Shown: positions 37,901 through 50,960 of the stretch, one piece after another
How positions within the stretch are numbered: position 1 is the first letter of the stretch
Layout of the letters: each line of letters begins with the position of its first letter
DNA from: Camelus ferus
Lineage: Eukaryota
Length of the DNA: 64,000 bases
NCBI RefSeq assembly: GCF_009834535.1
Contig: NC_045696.1
Location: forward strand, 108,564,001 to 108,628,000
Direction of reading: 5' to 3'
Made by a program: the position numbers and the translations under genes
The notes under the pieces: generated by a model
Told to the model about the DNA's origin: nothing
Seen by the model: only the letters and a program-made list of their open reading frames with translations
Databases searched by the model: none

Positions 37901-40900
37901 AACAACACAGCACGCTCACCACGCAAGCCTGGGTATAGCAGTGAGCCCTCTGAATCAGCGGTTGCAAACCACAGCAACCAGGCCAAGTCCAGAGTTGGAT
38001 TTGTTGGGCTCTCAAGTGTTTTGAAATTTTCTAATTAGATGTCAACATATTTCATCAGGATCTGCAGTTTATAAGATTTGGACTGAGCAGGCTTCCCCTC
38101 CCCGTTCTCTTCAGTCCACCATAGTCCCCACCACTCCCTATTACCTGACTTGACCCTGCTTTGCTCCTCTCCATTACCTGCCTGGCTTCCTGGGTCTTTA
38201 AGCTTGTTCTCTCTGGCTTGTCTGGTCCCAAATGTACGGACTTGATTTTACCTTGCTATAAGTTGATTTCATAGATGTGCAGGTCTGATTTGTCTCACTT
38301 ATTTTTTTGAAGATTTCCTCTGAGGTCCTCTTCCCCCATTCTGACACTCTGAGTCTAGTTGGCAGAAAAGAGAAGTAAAGTTTGTCATTCACTTTAATTC
38401 TCTCTGACAGCCAGATGATCTGGCCATCAGTCTGAACCTGGGGCCGGGTGCCAGAGAGTGACTGCAGAAGTTAGTGGTGTTAACAACCTCTCTGCAGATC
38501 GCTTGGCCGCTGGAACAGAGAGAGTTCCACCTGATCTGATCTATTTTAAACTTAAGGCAGCTGCATTCAGTGCAAGGCTGTATCCCAAAAGACCTCACAT
38601 AAATCCAAGCTTGCATAATTCATGACCAATCCTGACCAAAGATGATGGACATTTTTTTGACAGCTAAAGTGGCCCAGCTATGTGGCAATAGCTTAGAGAG
38701 ACCTTACAGCTTACACAGCTTGCCATAATGCGATTTTTGATCAGTCTGAGGATAAAATAGCCACAAACCTGAGCAGGAAACCAAGAAACGTCATTTGCTG
38801 GCTGTGAGATGCTGGGCAAGTTCTAAAAGCACTCTGACCCCAGTTTCTGGCCAACCTTGTCTTTGTAAAGAGCTTGGTAGGGGCTTGGCACATTGGAGGT
38901 GCTCAAATATGGTAGTTCTCTGCCACCACTGATGGACTGGGTGAGCATCCTACCCTGATGCTCTCCAGGTGATACAAGATCCTTAAGTAGTCTGACTGTA
39001 TACCTGACTGGGGTCATCATGGAAGGAGATGGAGGCTCTCTGGATCTCAGGACTCAACAGACCCTTTGGTGTCCCCCGTCATGCTTGCCTCCAAGAGAAG
39101 AAGTGTATCTAATGTTTAATCAATGAACCAAAAGATGACTACAAAATCTCCTTAGACCCTAGGGTCAAGAGAAGACTACTGGTTACTTTCTCTAACTGAC
39201 TGATGCCAACCATAGCCCTTTCTGTCAGGTACCTAGATCAGCTACAATGAGCTGCCCGCCTCCACTGGGCAGAGCTCGTGAAAGAGCACAAAGCAGCATC
39301 GATATGGCACAGCTGGGCAGCCCCAGGAAAGACGAGTAGGACACCCTGCCTCAGCTGGACAGCACCAACACAACAGATGTGGTCCGCAGCTCCCAAACAG
39401 AGGAAGGGCCAGCCCCAAACAGCCTCTCAAGACAGAGTCTGATGTCAGATCAAGTCCAAATCCCTTGGCAATCAACTTGTCCAAACCCTTCTCTCATGTG
39501 ACCCTTACATCCATTGTCAGGATCCAGTTCACCTTGGGAATAACTTACACCCCTCAACAAACACACACCCATCTCCCAGCCACCCAGAGGCAGGGGAAAG
39601 CTTTTCATGGTTCAGTGTCACAGAGAAAATTGTGGAAGGGTCACCAGACTGCCCACTGAGGTCCCCTCCTCTCAGCAGGATGGCACTGGCTGGCTCTGAA
39701 TAACCCTTCTGAGCTTGGAGGCTATGCCATGGGGAGCACAGAGGGACTGTCCCCATTTTAGAGCAGGAAACAGAAGGCAGAAACAGAGAAGGGTTGTCCT
39801 GCTGACCCTCCTCTAATCCTTTAAGCCTCAAGCCCCTTTAAGCCCCTGCTTCCTTACTGGAAAAATGAGAACAATAATGTCTAAATCATAGGGTAATTAT
39901 GAAATCAAATGAGTCCATGTGTTCCAAAGTTCTCTGTCAACACAAAAGACACTAACATGAGGTGTTGGCTATAATAACTATTAGTCACTACTCCTCAATC
40001 AGGACCCACTCCATAGTCCCCTGCCCAGTTGGGGCACTTCTAGGCACAGGATAGACACTTATCAGCTGACTTAATGATTGATTCTGGACTGCTCTTGGTC
40101 CAATTCTTTCCTTGTCATCTACCTACTCATAACCCAAACAGTGGGACAGGCACTGACAGGGGTCACACTGTATCCTAAGGTCAGGGTGGGGAGGACCTGG
40201 ATCTCACCCAGAGCGGAAGAGCTCAGGGTGCCCTGGAACATGGTTAGACATGTCATGACGTCTTGGTGGTCCTCGTGTTCATCCACCTCCTCCCTTAATG
40301 GAGCTGAGTGAGCCGTTAGGCGTTTATGCTGCCTGCTGTTTCGTCTCTCTTTCATCTCTTATACAATCTGGGGCTTCCATTCATGTTTCTAAACTGTTCT
40401 TGCAGAGGGACAGGCTCAAATGTTGATTTTGAAAGTTCTCTTTTAAAACAAATTATCTGTTGGCTGAAAGTAATTTACATTCACGTGTAGATTCACCAAA
40501 GCAGTGTGACAGCACTGTGTTCCTCAGAGCCCCACCGCCCACAGATCAGGAACTGCTGGTTAACTTGATCTTGATTTTATAATAGCCGTATGCCACCAAG
40601 AAGCAGCTGCATGCTTCTCTCATTGACTGTAAACTCTCTGACACCCAAATTCCAGAATTCCCAAAGAGAAATCACAGATTGAAAGGTGACAGTGAGGCTG
40701 GGACTACAAAACCAGGGAAGGTTAAGAAGAAAGGGCCCATTGGAGGGGGAACAAAGGGCATGAGAAATGTTCCTGGAGAGGCACATGGGTGAGGACAAAG
40801 ATAAATATTTTGGATATTGGTAATGCAGGGTCCCTCGGCTCTGCTGCAGCCTGGGAAGGTGCAGATGGCAAGACAAGCAGATGGGCAGGTTCGGGAATAG

Positions 40901-41955
40901 CAGGGGAAGGGGAGGGAGGGGCAGAAATCAAAGCAAACCAATATAAGTGGCAGGTTTGTTCACACATGCTTAGAGAGAGAGAGAAGACAGCCAAGCCCGG
41001 CGAAACATGACAGCCTGGCAGGATTATTATTCCCAGAAGCTGGGACACTAAAATATTTCAGCCAGTTTTCTGCCTTCAACTCTCCAAGGGAAATACTGCT
41101 AACAAAGGCTACCGATGTTACGTGCTCGACATGATGCAGAAATTACCATTCCCTTCTCGCTGGATAAAGGGAGATGGTCACAACCTTTGTCTCCATGGCG
41201 CCGGGGCTGTGGTCACCAGCTGGAGGCTTCCACACTTCCACTCTTATTTTCTCACTACACACGTATGCATGTAAACACGTGACCATACGCATACATACAA
41301 ACACGCACACAAGAACACACACACGCTCACAGCAACCACGCAGCCATCTGGACAGCCATGCTCTCCGACGACACCTTTTTTTCTTCTCTGTTCTGAAAGC
41401 TTAAACCCCAGAATCATCTGCCGTCCAAAATGCCTCGTATTGAAAGAGGCAGAATGAGACTGAGCATGGGGAGGTGAGGAGTTAGAAAGGATGGGGTAGG
41501 ATAGAAGAGGTCAAGAGTTGGGAGCTACACGGAGGGAGAGAGAGCGAAGAGAAATGCTCGGCTCCTGCTAGTCCCCTCACAAGCTGTCCTTTTAGAATTT
41601 GTGGATTGAGAAAAATCCATAATTCCAAAGATCATGGTCCACCACCTACGGCCCTCATCACTGCCTATAGACGTGATGCTCGCTTCCCCTCTGCAGCCCA
41701 GCACCCTCACCCCAGGGGAGAGATTGCTCATTTCTCTCTCATTCCTTTGTCATTTGCTGCATCTGTCCAGCACACGGTGCTTAGAATCCACCACCTTGCA
41801 GCTTTGCACTTTGTGTCGAGGTCCTGGAAATATTTCAGTTAATGAGTTTCATGGGAGGAACAATGGTGTCTAAGCATCACTGTATCCCTCGCAGTGTCTA
41901 ATCCACAGCTGCGCACACAAGAGATGCTGAATAACTGTCTCTTCATAATGAGTAA

Positions 41956-42125
41956 GGGGGGAGGGTACGGCTCAGTGGTAGAGCACATGCTTAGCATGCA
42001 CGAGGTCCTGGGTTCAATCCCCAGTACCTCCATTAAAAATAAGTAATTAAGTAAATAAATGAATAAATGAATAAATAAATCCTAATTACCCCCCAAAAAA
42101 CAAGAAAATGAGTTAGTAAATAAAT
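41956..42125 (+). mobile_element. tRNA-Ala-derived SINE (Vic-1-like)
   Basis: gggtacggctcagtggtagagcacatgcttagcatgcacgaggtcctgggttcaatccccagtacctcca + (taaa)n + cctaattaccccc; probable TSD aatgagtaag. Confidence 0.9.
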
Positions 42126-42894
42126 AAATGAGTAAGTAAATAAATAAGTGAGGGAGTGCATGAATGGACTGATTAAATGGGTATAAAAAGAAATGGATGT
42201 TTGCAAGAGGTGTGAAAAGCAATAAGGAGAAAAGGTCAGAAGTGTAAAGGAGAGGGAAACAAAGAGAAAAGAAGAAAATGTGTTCTGAGCTGCGTGTGCC
42301 ACGGGGATGTACCAGCGGTCAGGCGTGATCTATTGCCAACTACCTGAAGTGTCTGTAACAGCACAGCGTTCATCTGAGGAGGCTGTAGAGGAGAACACAC
42401 TCTCGAATTACGTGGGTTTAACTGAAAAATAATCTATGAAGGCAATACTGAGTATCACAGGATTTCTGGGAAGTCTCTTTCATGGGGCTTTCTAATTAGC
42501 GGCTCCTGTGTTCTCAAGATCATGCATCCATCTGTCCACCTGTCTGTCCACCTACCACCCATCCGTCTGTGTGTCCATCCATCCTTCCAAGGACATTTGC
42601 TGAGCCCCAGCCAGGGGCGGAGCACTGGGTCCTACCCTGGTTGGGATACACATCTTGGCTTTTGTACTGGACACAAGAAAATCCCTCAGAATCCAGGTTC
42701 ACTTTTAGAGGTAGAACACTACACCTGCTTCCTCCAGGCTCACAAAAGCCCATCGCCTGATACCTTCACTCCTGCGGGGAGGCCTGAGGGCAGACTGATG
42801 CCATGGGCGTGGCTGCAGCTTTGTTCCAGCACAGAGATTGCTAAGAACCGGCCAGGCAGACAGACAGAAGGGATGCAGATGCCTACAGACTTAC

Positions 42895-43230
42895 CAGCTT
42901 GGTTTGTGGTGATGTTGACGGAGACGTGCTGCGGGGGGAAGGGACTCTTGCTGGAGACGCCATTGACGGCCTGGATGTCGAAGGTGTAGGGCGTGTGGGC
43001 CCACAGGCTACTGATGGAGACGCGGCACTCGGTCAAGCCCAGCTGCCTGGGCACAAACTCCACATTGTCGTCGCAGCGAGAGCAGCTCCGGCGGTCTGCC
43101 CGGCACTTTTTACAGATGATGTTGTAGGTCACATCATCCCGCCCACCTGTCTCCCGAGGCGGGTGCCACTCCAGAATGATGGACGTCTCATTGACGATGG
43201 AGATGACATTGCGGGGACCTGATGGGACAC
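42895..43230 (-). CDS. EPHB1: EPHB1 FN3-1 exon (probable exon 5, 336 bp): VPSGPRNVISIVNETSIILEWHPPRETGGRDDVTYNIICKKCRADRRSCSRCDDNVEFVPRQLGLTECRVSISSLWAHTPYTFDIQAVNGVSSKSPFPPQHVSVNITTNQA
   Basis: Overlaps ORF 42740..43132. Acceptor ctttctttgtctccctacag, donor gtaagt, symmetric phase 1-1. Confidence 0.97.
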
Positions 43231-46200
43231 CTGTAGGGAGACAAAGAAAGGCCTGGTGAGGCGGGACAGAAGTGCCTTGCCCAGCATCCCTTCATCCACT
43301 TTTGGGGTGTTTCCAACCTCATCACATACATGCATCTCCGTCTCCTCCCTCAACCCTAAATCTCCACGCTCCAATCCATTCGGAGAAAAAATGATGGATG
43401 AAGACGGCAACCTGTCCCCAACTCCCCTTTCAGTCGTCCCCACTAGGGTTTTCCTTCTTTGAATCCTATGTGCCAAGCGAGAGGAGGATGGAGGACCTGG
43501 CTACAAGCCCTTTTGTTCTCAGGACCAAGCTGCATCCTCCAGCCCGCTTTAGCATCAGTAACAGGGCACACCTATTAGATTCCTTCTTTTCTTCATGGGT
43601 GTAGAACTCAAGGCTTCAGGCATAGGAGTGACCCCCTCATAAGCCCCAATATATGCTGGCCTCCTGCATAAAAATCTCCCAACCTGGAATCCGCACGGGG
43701 CGTGCATGGAAGTGGGAGTGTTTCTCTGTAGGACAGGCTGCCAGAACACCTGGAGAGATGAGTATTCACATCACGCAAGCTTTGGTGCATGAAGACAAGA
43801 CGCCAGGGAGGTTCACGCAGAGACCATGTTTGACACCATGACTCAAAAAGAGTATAAGGGTGTGTCCCAGACCCTCTGCTGGCCACTTCGCGTGCATTTC
43901 ATCCCCCTCAAGAACCCTACTGGGAAGATACAACAGTGAACTCAGGTTATAGGAAGGGAAACTAACGTTGAAAATGGGGATTGGCTAAAGAGCCCATGGT
44001 CTCTGAGCACTGAAGTTAGCATGGACACCACATTTGCCTGACTCCAAAGCTCACGTTCTCAACTACAGCCCTGTGCCGCCTGCCGGTGAAACGATCTTTT
44101 TCTACTGAGGGAAAGGCTGGCCTTACGCTATATGCTAGTCCAAAGGTCGGTGGTCAGATCTATTCACAGATAGCAGGACACTTGAACAGACTGTCCGTTA
44201 CAAACCAGCCAGGATCCCTGGGACTCCAGGACGGCAGCCTCCTCCCTCTAGACAGTTCTGTCCAGAGCTTCTGTTCACACTCTGGCAAAGGATGAGATGC
44301 CTTGTTACAAAACTCCAGAAAGCTGGTACCTACTCAGGGGGCAAAATGTTGCTGAATTAATGGCCGCAGTCCTGAGTGTTTTGAGATTAAGCTGGAGAGT
44401 CTCCTGCCCCAAAACAGGACAGAGCATAGGCTTGAGTTCCCCGGATGAGCTCTGCTGATCCTCAGTGTCTACCTGACGGAAACAAATCCTGCCTGGAAGC
44501 CCCCCGCTCCCGAACGGTAGGGTCTGCTGGAGCAGCGGCTCTGGACAGTAATGCGTTCCGTTATCATGTACGTGACTGTCGCCAGCTGAACGAAGACACA
44601 TGGAAATCGGTTCCTGCCAGAGACAGGAATCAAATGCCAACACACAAAATGAGGGAATGGCAACAAGATCGAGGGGCACTAGGGAAGGATTCTGTGTTGA
44701 ATCAGTCAACAGCTAGCAGCTAGAGCAGAAAGCAAATATTAAATCGGATTCTATTAAAACGTGAAAGAAAATCAGTACCGTACTCTACAAAGCCTATTAG
44801 GCCGGAGCTAAAGCACAACATTCAGGCACGCTTGTCACAGGGCAGGATTCCTGAAGCATTTTCACTGATGTCTTGCAAATAGCGTTCAAGAATTCCCCAC
44901 CCCTCTGCTCAGGGAAAAACAGCCAGCTCTTTTGAATCAGCACACAACGAGTACTGGGAGGGCAGTCAGGACCACCCGAGGTGGGCTTTTGCTGGGCCTG
45001 GCCAGCCTCCTCTCACGCCACACTGCTCATTAACGTCCATATTGGCTGGTGCCTGTCTTAGTCATGTCTGTTTGCTCAGACTGATCAGGCTCCGATCACA
45101 GGCTCCCCGGGGTCACTGCCATCGATGCCTGTCTCATCGTCACGGCAGACAGCCTAGCCCCAGCCACAGGCCACTGTTTCTCATACTCACAGCCATCACA
45201 TTCACCGAGCACTTGCTGCACTCCAGGCACGGGGTAAATCCTTTAACCAAGTTATCTTACTGCATCCTCCAGGCAGTCTGAGGCTGCCACTCAGAAAGCA
45301 GCCTTGGGCAGAGGGGCAGAAGCAAGCATCGACAGGGAGAGGGACCACCCATCCCTCCCACTCTTTGTGGAGACCTCACTTACCTTCAGTTACCTCCTCT
45401 CTCCCTTGCACTTCAACCTCAGCCTCTCGCCTGACTCCACCTTGTCTCCTTAAACCTGCATTAAGTCGTTGCCATTTTAAAATCAACACATGGTTCCCTG
45501 GCGTTTCTCTATATGGCATGTCCTCTCTTCACTTTCTAGCCAAGCTTTCCCAAAGTGGAGTCACACTTATGGGCTGTCCTCGCTCCCAGCTCAGCCAACT
45601 GCAGCTTGGTTACTCTCACTCCTCTGCCATGTCTGCCTTTTTTGGGGGGAGGGGGGACTTCTACTTAACAAATCCAGGGAACACAATTCAGTCCTTACCT
45701 TCCCGTACCCTGCGTTGTTGCCAGGCGGAACGGGAGAGCCCGACACACAGTCTGTCAGCTCCATCTCCTTTCCTCGGTCTTTCCCTTCCTTTCCCCATTG
45801 CCTGCCAGTGATGAGCCTCATCACTCTTCCTGCCCAATTGCAAAGGTTCCTAACCAGTTCTCCGACATCACTTGGCATCTCTCCCATCCACTCCCTTCTG
45901 CCAGGGAGTGATTTCCAAAATGGACATGAGACCGTAGCATTTTCTGCTCAGACCTATTATTCAAAAGTTTCCCCTCGTTTCCGTGTTCTTCAAGCCCCTG
46001 TGTGGTCTTGCTGCTCCTGATCCCCTCTCCAGCCACTTGGCCCTCGCCCCTCATGTTGGGACCGATAGGGAGACTCCTGCGACTTCCCGTGCACGCTAAT
46101 CTTTCTTCAAGTCCCTGAGGCTCTGTCCTGCGTGCTCTCCTCTGCCTGGAATTCTTTTCCTTCTACCTATTTGCCAAGTTCCTGTTCACCCTTCAAGATC

Positions 46201-46754
46201 TAGCACCCACTCCACTAGGAGGCTCCCCTGATCCCACAGTCACGCACTCACCCCCTGTGCTTCCATAAGCCCATTTCGAGACGCCTAACTCAGACTCCAC
46301 CATTGCACTGTGATGCACTCTTCCTCTGCGTCCTGACCACGCTGTGGCCTCCTGGTGAGCAGGGGCTGGTGGCTGGGTGGGCTCTGTGATTCCCATGCCT
46401 GGCACTTCGGCATTCCACCGGTTTTCAACCTCTGCTCAGTGTGCATGGCTTTAGGGCACGTGTGAGCACCCCTCTCCAGCACGAGACAGGATGCCCTGCG
46501 GTGGGGCTGAGGGAGGATGCAGCAGGAGCAGTGAGGACCCTGCTTGTGACTGAGCAGGAGAGGCTTCGCTGAGATAAAGGTGGCAGGTGAGGAGCTAGTT
46601 GGGAGAGGCCTGCCCTGTCCCTGATGCGTCGGTGTCCATGGCCACTGGGGAGACCCATCCTGGTCAACATTTTCTCCACGTCTATTCATTTGCTTCCCAC
46701 TTAAGAAGAAAAGCAGTGGGTTTCCAGGAAGGATTTGTCATGTTTATTTAGAAA

Positions 46755-47337
46755 CGTTGCCAGAGAACAGGTTCTTGCCTCGCTCAGGAAAGAATTCAAG
46801 AGCAAGGCATGGTAAAGTGAAAGCAAGTTTATTTAGAGAGAAACACACTCACAGATAGAGTGGGGTCTGTCTCAGGAGGGAAAACGGCTTAGGAGACACA
46901 CACTCCAAAGGCAGAATGTGGGCCATCTCAGAAAGGCAAGAGGGAGAGAGACCGAGAGGTGGGGGGGGGTGTTTAGTTTAAAGTAAAAGCACATCCACAC
47001 TCCATAGATAGAGTGCGGGCCGTCTTAGAAGGCAAGAGAGAGTGACCACGAGGTGTGGAGCTGTTCGTTTTTATGGGCTCAGTAATTTCATATGCTAACG
47101 AGTGGGAGGATTATTCCAACTACGTTGGGGAAGGGGCGGGGATTTCCAGGAATTGGGCTTCACCCAGTTTTGGACCTTTATGGTCAGCCTGGGAACTGTC
47201 ACGGCACCTGTGGCTGTGCCATGAGGCTCAAGGTCTACTGGAAGTCGAGTCTTCCACCATCTTGGTTCTAACCAGTGTCTCCTGTCCTCAACCACTGTGT
47301 CATTTCTTCCATGGTTGTGCCCGTCCCTCCTGTCTCA
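46755..47337 (-). mobile_element. ERV1 solo LTR, MER41-like
   Basis: Shares blocks with MER41 as recalled (ggttcttg..ctcgc.cag.aaagaattc, gtaaagtgaaagcaagtttatt, ctccataga.agag, tttttatgg, atatgcta, ggattattc, aactgtca.ggc, ccatcttggtt). Ends (c/t)g…ca; near-TSD gaaa/gaag; minus-strand AATAAA at 46828-46833. Confidence 0.8.
47133..47152. promoter_or_regulatory. Overlapping GC-box / NF-kB / STAT GAS motifs inside the LTR
   Basis: GGGGCGGGG (47133-47141), GGGGATTTCC (47138-47147), TTCCAGGAA (47144-47152). Motif match only. Confidence 0.5.
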
Positions 47338-50300
47338 GAAGCAGCCTTCATATGAAGCCACCACCTCTCACACAGGGCTGCACTCAGAGCAAATGCATCC
47401 GTGGGGCATGAACGGGGTTCTATGGGGGCCATGGTTTTAAGTCCAGGGCTGCATAAATCTGAACCCTTTCCTTCCAAGGAGCAGGAGCAGACGTTAAGGG
47501 CCTTCCCTGGAGAGCGGACTTTGTCAGCGAGGAGAACTTGAACACGTGTCCTGTTGTCTCAGAGGCCAGCACAGTGCCTGAGCTCACAGCACATTCATTA
47601 TTCACTCACTCGCTTGCTCAGTCCTTTAACAAACATTGCCTGCACTGTTCTGGGCACTCGGGGATGGAAAAGAGCAAAACAGATGAGCTCTTGCTCCCAT
47701 GGAACTTAGATGACAAGAGAAAACTGACAGGAAGGAAGGAATCATAGAGATAAAGGAGACAGTTTCAGATAAAAACAAGTGTCAGGAAATAAAGCAGCCC
47801 CCAGGCTCAGACTGCCTCCCTGCAATGCTCAGCTCCTGCCCCTTTTTCCAAGAGGCCACTTCCAGACCAGGTGACCAAGCCCAGGTCTGGCAGCTAAGAC
47901 AATGATAGTCTGAAGTCTGTGCGCCATTGTCCTAATGACAAGGGTGCATTCCTGCAAGCAGGCAGCTCAGACTCTCCTGTGCCTGAGCAGAGTCTGACCA
48001 GAGCCGTGTTGGCCTCCAAATAAATCTCCCTGGAGGAAATGCTCGGGCCACTTCCTACACGTCTAGGCTGCGCTCCCTGGGTTGGGGACCCACACCCAAC
48101 AGAGAAGATTTTTGTCCAGCACCAGGGTCCCCAGCAACATCCTCAGGAAGGAGGCCAATTGAGACAAGCAAACAAAAAATTTAATGGGGGTCTAGAGAGG
48201 GATACCAGAGGGGAAAAAAAATCTGCTTTCTTCGGTCTCAGAAGCCCCTGGGAAGTGCACTGACAGGGCTCTGAGCCAGGTCTCCTTGTCAAAGCTCCCT
48301 GCTCCTGCATCCGCGTCCTCGTTTTTCTTAATTACATACAGACAGGCTTTTTGAAGCTTCTCTGATCTGTTGCCACGGTTACTACTGATGAAAGCTTCCT
48401 GTTAAAAGGGCTTGGAAAACTGAGATCTTTTAAAGGATGGGAAAACTGCTGAGCTGTGATTCTCTGTTTGGGTGGGAGGAACATGATGGATTCTGTGTTA
48501 TGGGGATGGGTCTCCAGTGTTTTCCAGGATGTGCCGGAGAGGTTGGTTCAGCCTGCATACATGGATGGCACTGGGACTTCAAAGAGTTAAGCAGAAGGGA
48601 TCATTTTAGAGCCAAGGGCTAGCCCAAGTGTTGCCATATTGAGACAGAATCTCCTGTTTCTTAATGTGCTTTGGGCCAGATGATTTTTTTTTAAAGAGTA
48701 GAGAGACAGAGTGGGTGGGAGAGAGTAGATGAGTGTATTTGTAGACACTCTTGAGTAATCAAAGGGAAAATCTGCTAAAGACAGTTGAGCCCTGAAAGCC
48801 AATTCTTTTATCAGGAATCTTAATAAGACCAACATCCTGGATTCAGGATTTAGATGTGAATTTCTGGCTGGTCCAAGGGACAGAGCAGGCATGTCCTGCT
48901 AACTGCATTTCAGCAGCCAGGATCTGTGTCCTTGGACCCCTCCCCACGGGGAGCATGTTGAGAGTGACAACCATGGTGAGGCAATGATCTCCTAGGAGAC
49001 CATCATGCAGGCTGGGATTAGGCTGCATCAGGCCAGAGATGGGGTCCTGACCCCTTAGAGAATCTGAAGAAAGCAACAAACTTTTCTTCAGGAGAGTGAA
49101 CACATGCTTCAACATATACATGTTGTCAAAGACTCTGAGGGGTCACTGACATCAACCAATGAACTTCCTAAGTGTTCAAAGCAACCAAGTTAAAAAAAAA
49201 ATTCTCTTGTTGGCAAATCTTAATAAGAAGAACTTTTATGCCTCAATTTTCCCATCTGGAAAAGTGGTAGTTTTGAGGATTTAATGAGATTATAAGCCCA
49301 AAGAGTTTAGATCGTGGCTGGTACACGGAAACTCAGTAAATGTCAGCTGCTATTAGTGTTAGTATTATCATTATTGGATGATCTGAAACCCTAACCTGCT
49401 CATCGAATTATGACTGATCTAATTCAGCCACTCATTCCTTGAGCAGAGAACCCCCATGCTCAGAACTGTGCTGAGCATGGTGAGAGTCATAAAGATATAG
49501 AGGTTACCACCTGTAGAGTTGGGGGAACCAGATGTTTACTACTGAAGCCAGGCCCCTTACCTATGGAGTACTGGGAATTGTGGACACATACAGCTAAGGA
49601 TCAAAGCAAGTGACAGAAACACAAAGAGTTACAAATGTCTCAGAAAAGGTAAGACCAATGCAGAGCAAACTCTTCAGAGATGGTGTCTGGGTATCCTGCC
49701 CACAAGACTGGAGCTGTACTTGGGGAGAAGCACCTTGAAAGTTATCTGCTCCCGTCTATACCCTCTAGGCCACCTAACCCTTGCAAGCACACCCTAGGTA
49801 GAGCCTTGGTCTTGGGCATGGGGCTGCATCTCCAGAATAGGTCCAGTACTTTTTACCTCTTGGGCTAAAAACCTTGGTGTGCACCTATATAGATGCTTTT
49901 TGGCCTCCCAAGAGGTGATCTGGCTTTGACAACGGTATCTGGTCTTGCTTGTTCTCCCTTCTCTTGTGGGCAGGGAAGCCCCTCCTTTACTCCTACAGCA
50001 AACTGAGTTCTCTACTCAATCTTCCTTTAAGAAAGAGGACTGTGATAAAGTCTGGGCATGAATCAGGAAGGACATGTGTTCCTCAAGACTCGTGAATACT
50101 GTGAGTCAGAAGAATGCAGAGGTAATGTTCTCATGGCGAGAGGAGTCAATAATGTAGTTTGAAAAACTGATTGCATATTTTAGTGGGCTCAGGGTTAAGA
50201 AGAGATGGGAGATTAGAAAATGACCCCTGGGATAGGGATGGCAAGAGAAGAGTGCTGTGAGGGGCTGAAAGACATGGGAGGAGTGGTCCAGGACTGGTTA

Positions 50301-50933
50301 TCAAAAGTGGTATTATTATCAGGACACCTCTTTATCCGTTGCTCACTGTGACACAGCTACTTAAAGGAACCATGTCTGAGTGACCAGAAGGCTTCTAAGA
50401 GAAGGGAAACAGTCTTTGAGGTTTTATGGAGAGGCAGGAATCAAGGAGAAGAGGCAGACATGGGACTGGGGGCTATGGAGGTCTGAAGAGGTTTTCTATG
50501 GAGGCAAAATATGCAAGAAACCAAGTCAGGCTGATTGTTACGCCTTTGCTCTCAACACAGCACACAAAGCTGAAAACAGGAAGGGCTGGAGGGTAATGGC
50601 AGCCAAAAGAGGGAAAGTTTGCAACTGTTAGAAAGGAAGTAGGTTTACCAAATAAACACAAAGTCAGCTTCACGTTCAGTTGTGGTTCCTTCTTTGGTAA
50701 CTGGCTATTTGAAAACAGCGTCAAAACAAACAAAGATCTCTCTTTATTCTCTCTGGTGGCCATGTGTAGCTTTGACACTCAGCCTAAGTTCAGTTCTCTC
50801 TCTCTACAAAATTTCTCTTTCCCTCCTGAGACACTAATTCCTCTTCCATCATTCCTTCACTAGGTATAAATTTCCTGGGAGAGACTGGAGAATAACCACC
50901 GTGCTAGAGGAAAGGGTTTGACCCAGTGGTCCA

Positions 50934-50960
50934 TGCTGATTCAGCACCTTGGAGAGGGGC
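50934..50960 (+). promoter_or_regulatory. Candidate RE1/NRSE (REST site) overlapping a MARE-like palindrome
   Basis: TTCAGCACCTTGGAGAG (50940-50956) fits the RE1 consensus NTYAGMRCCNNRGMSAG; TGCTGATTCAGCA (50934-50946) is MARE-like. Confidence 0.55.

Noticed and set aside
41956..42033. Apparent tRNA-Ala(AGC) gene; similar tRNA-like heads at 10984, 19336, 23079, 23387 and 27799
   Set aside because: Each is followed by the shared SINE tail and A-rich end, most have TSDs, and stems contain mismatches. These are SINEs, not tRNA genes.
42740..42894. Read-through of the FN3-1 exon ORF about 50 codons into the intron; similar at 11234-11343
   Set aside because: Strong GTAAG donors, no nearby gene-strand poly(A) signal seen, and the extension lengths are compatible with chance.
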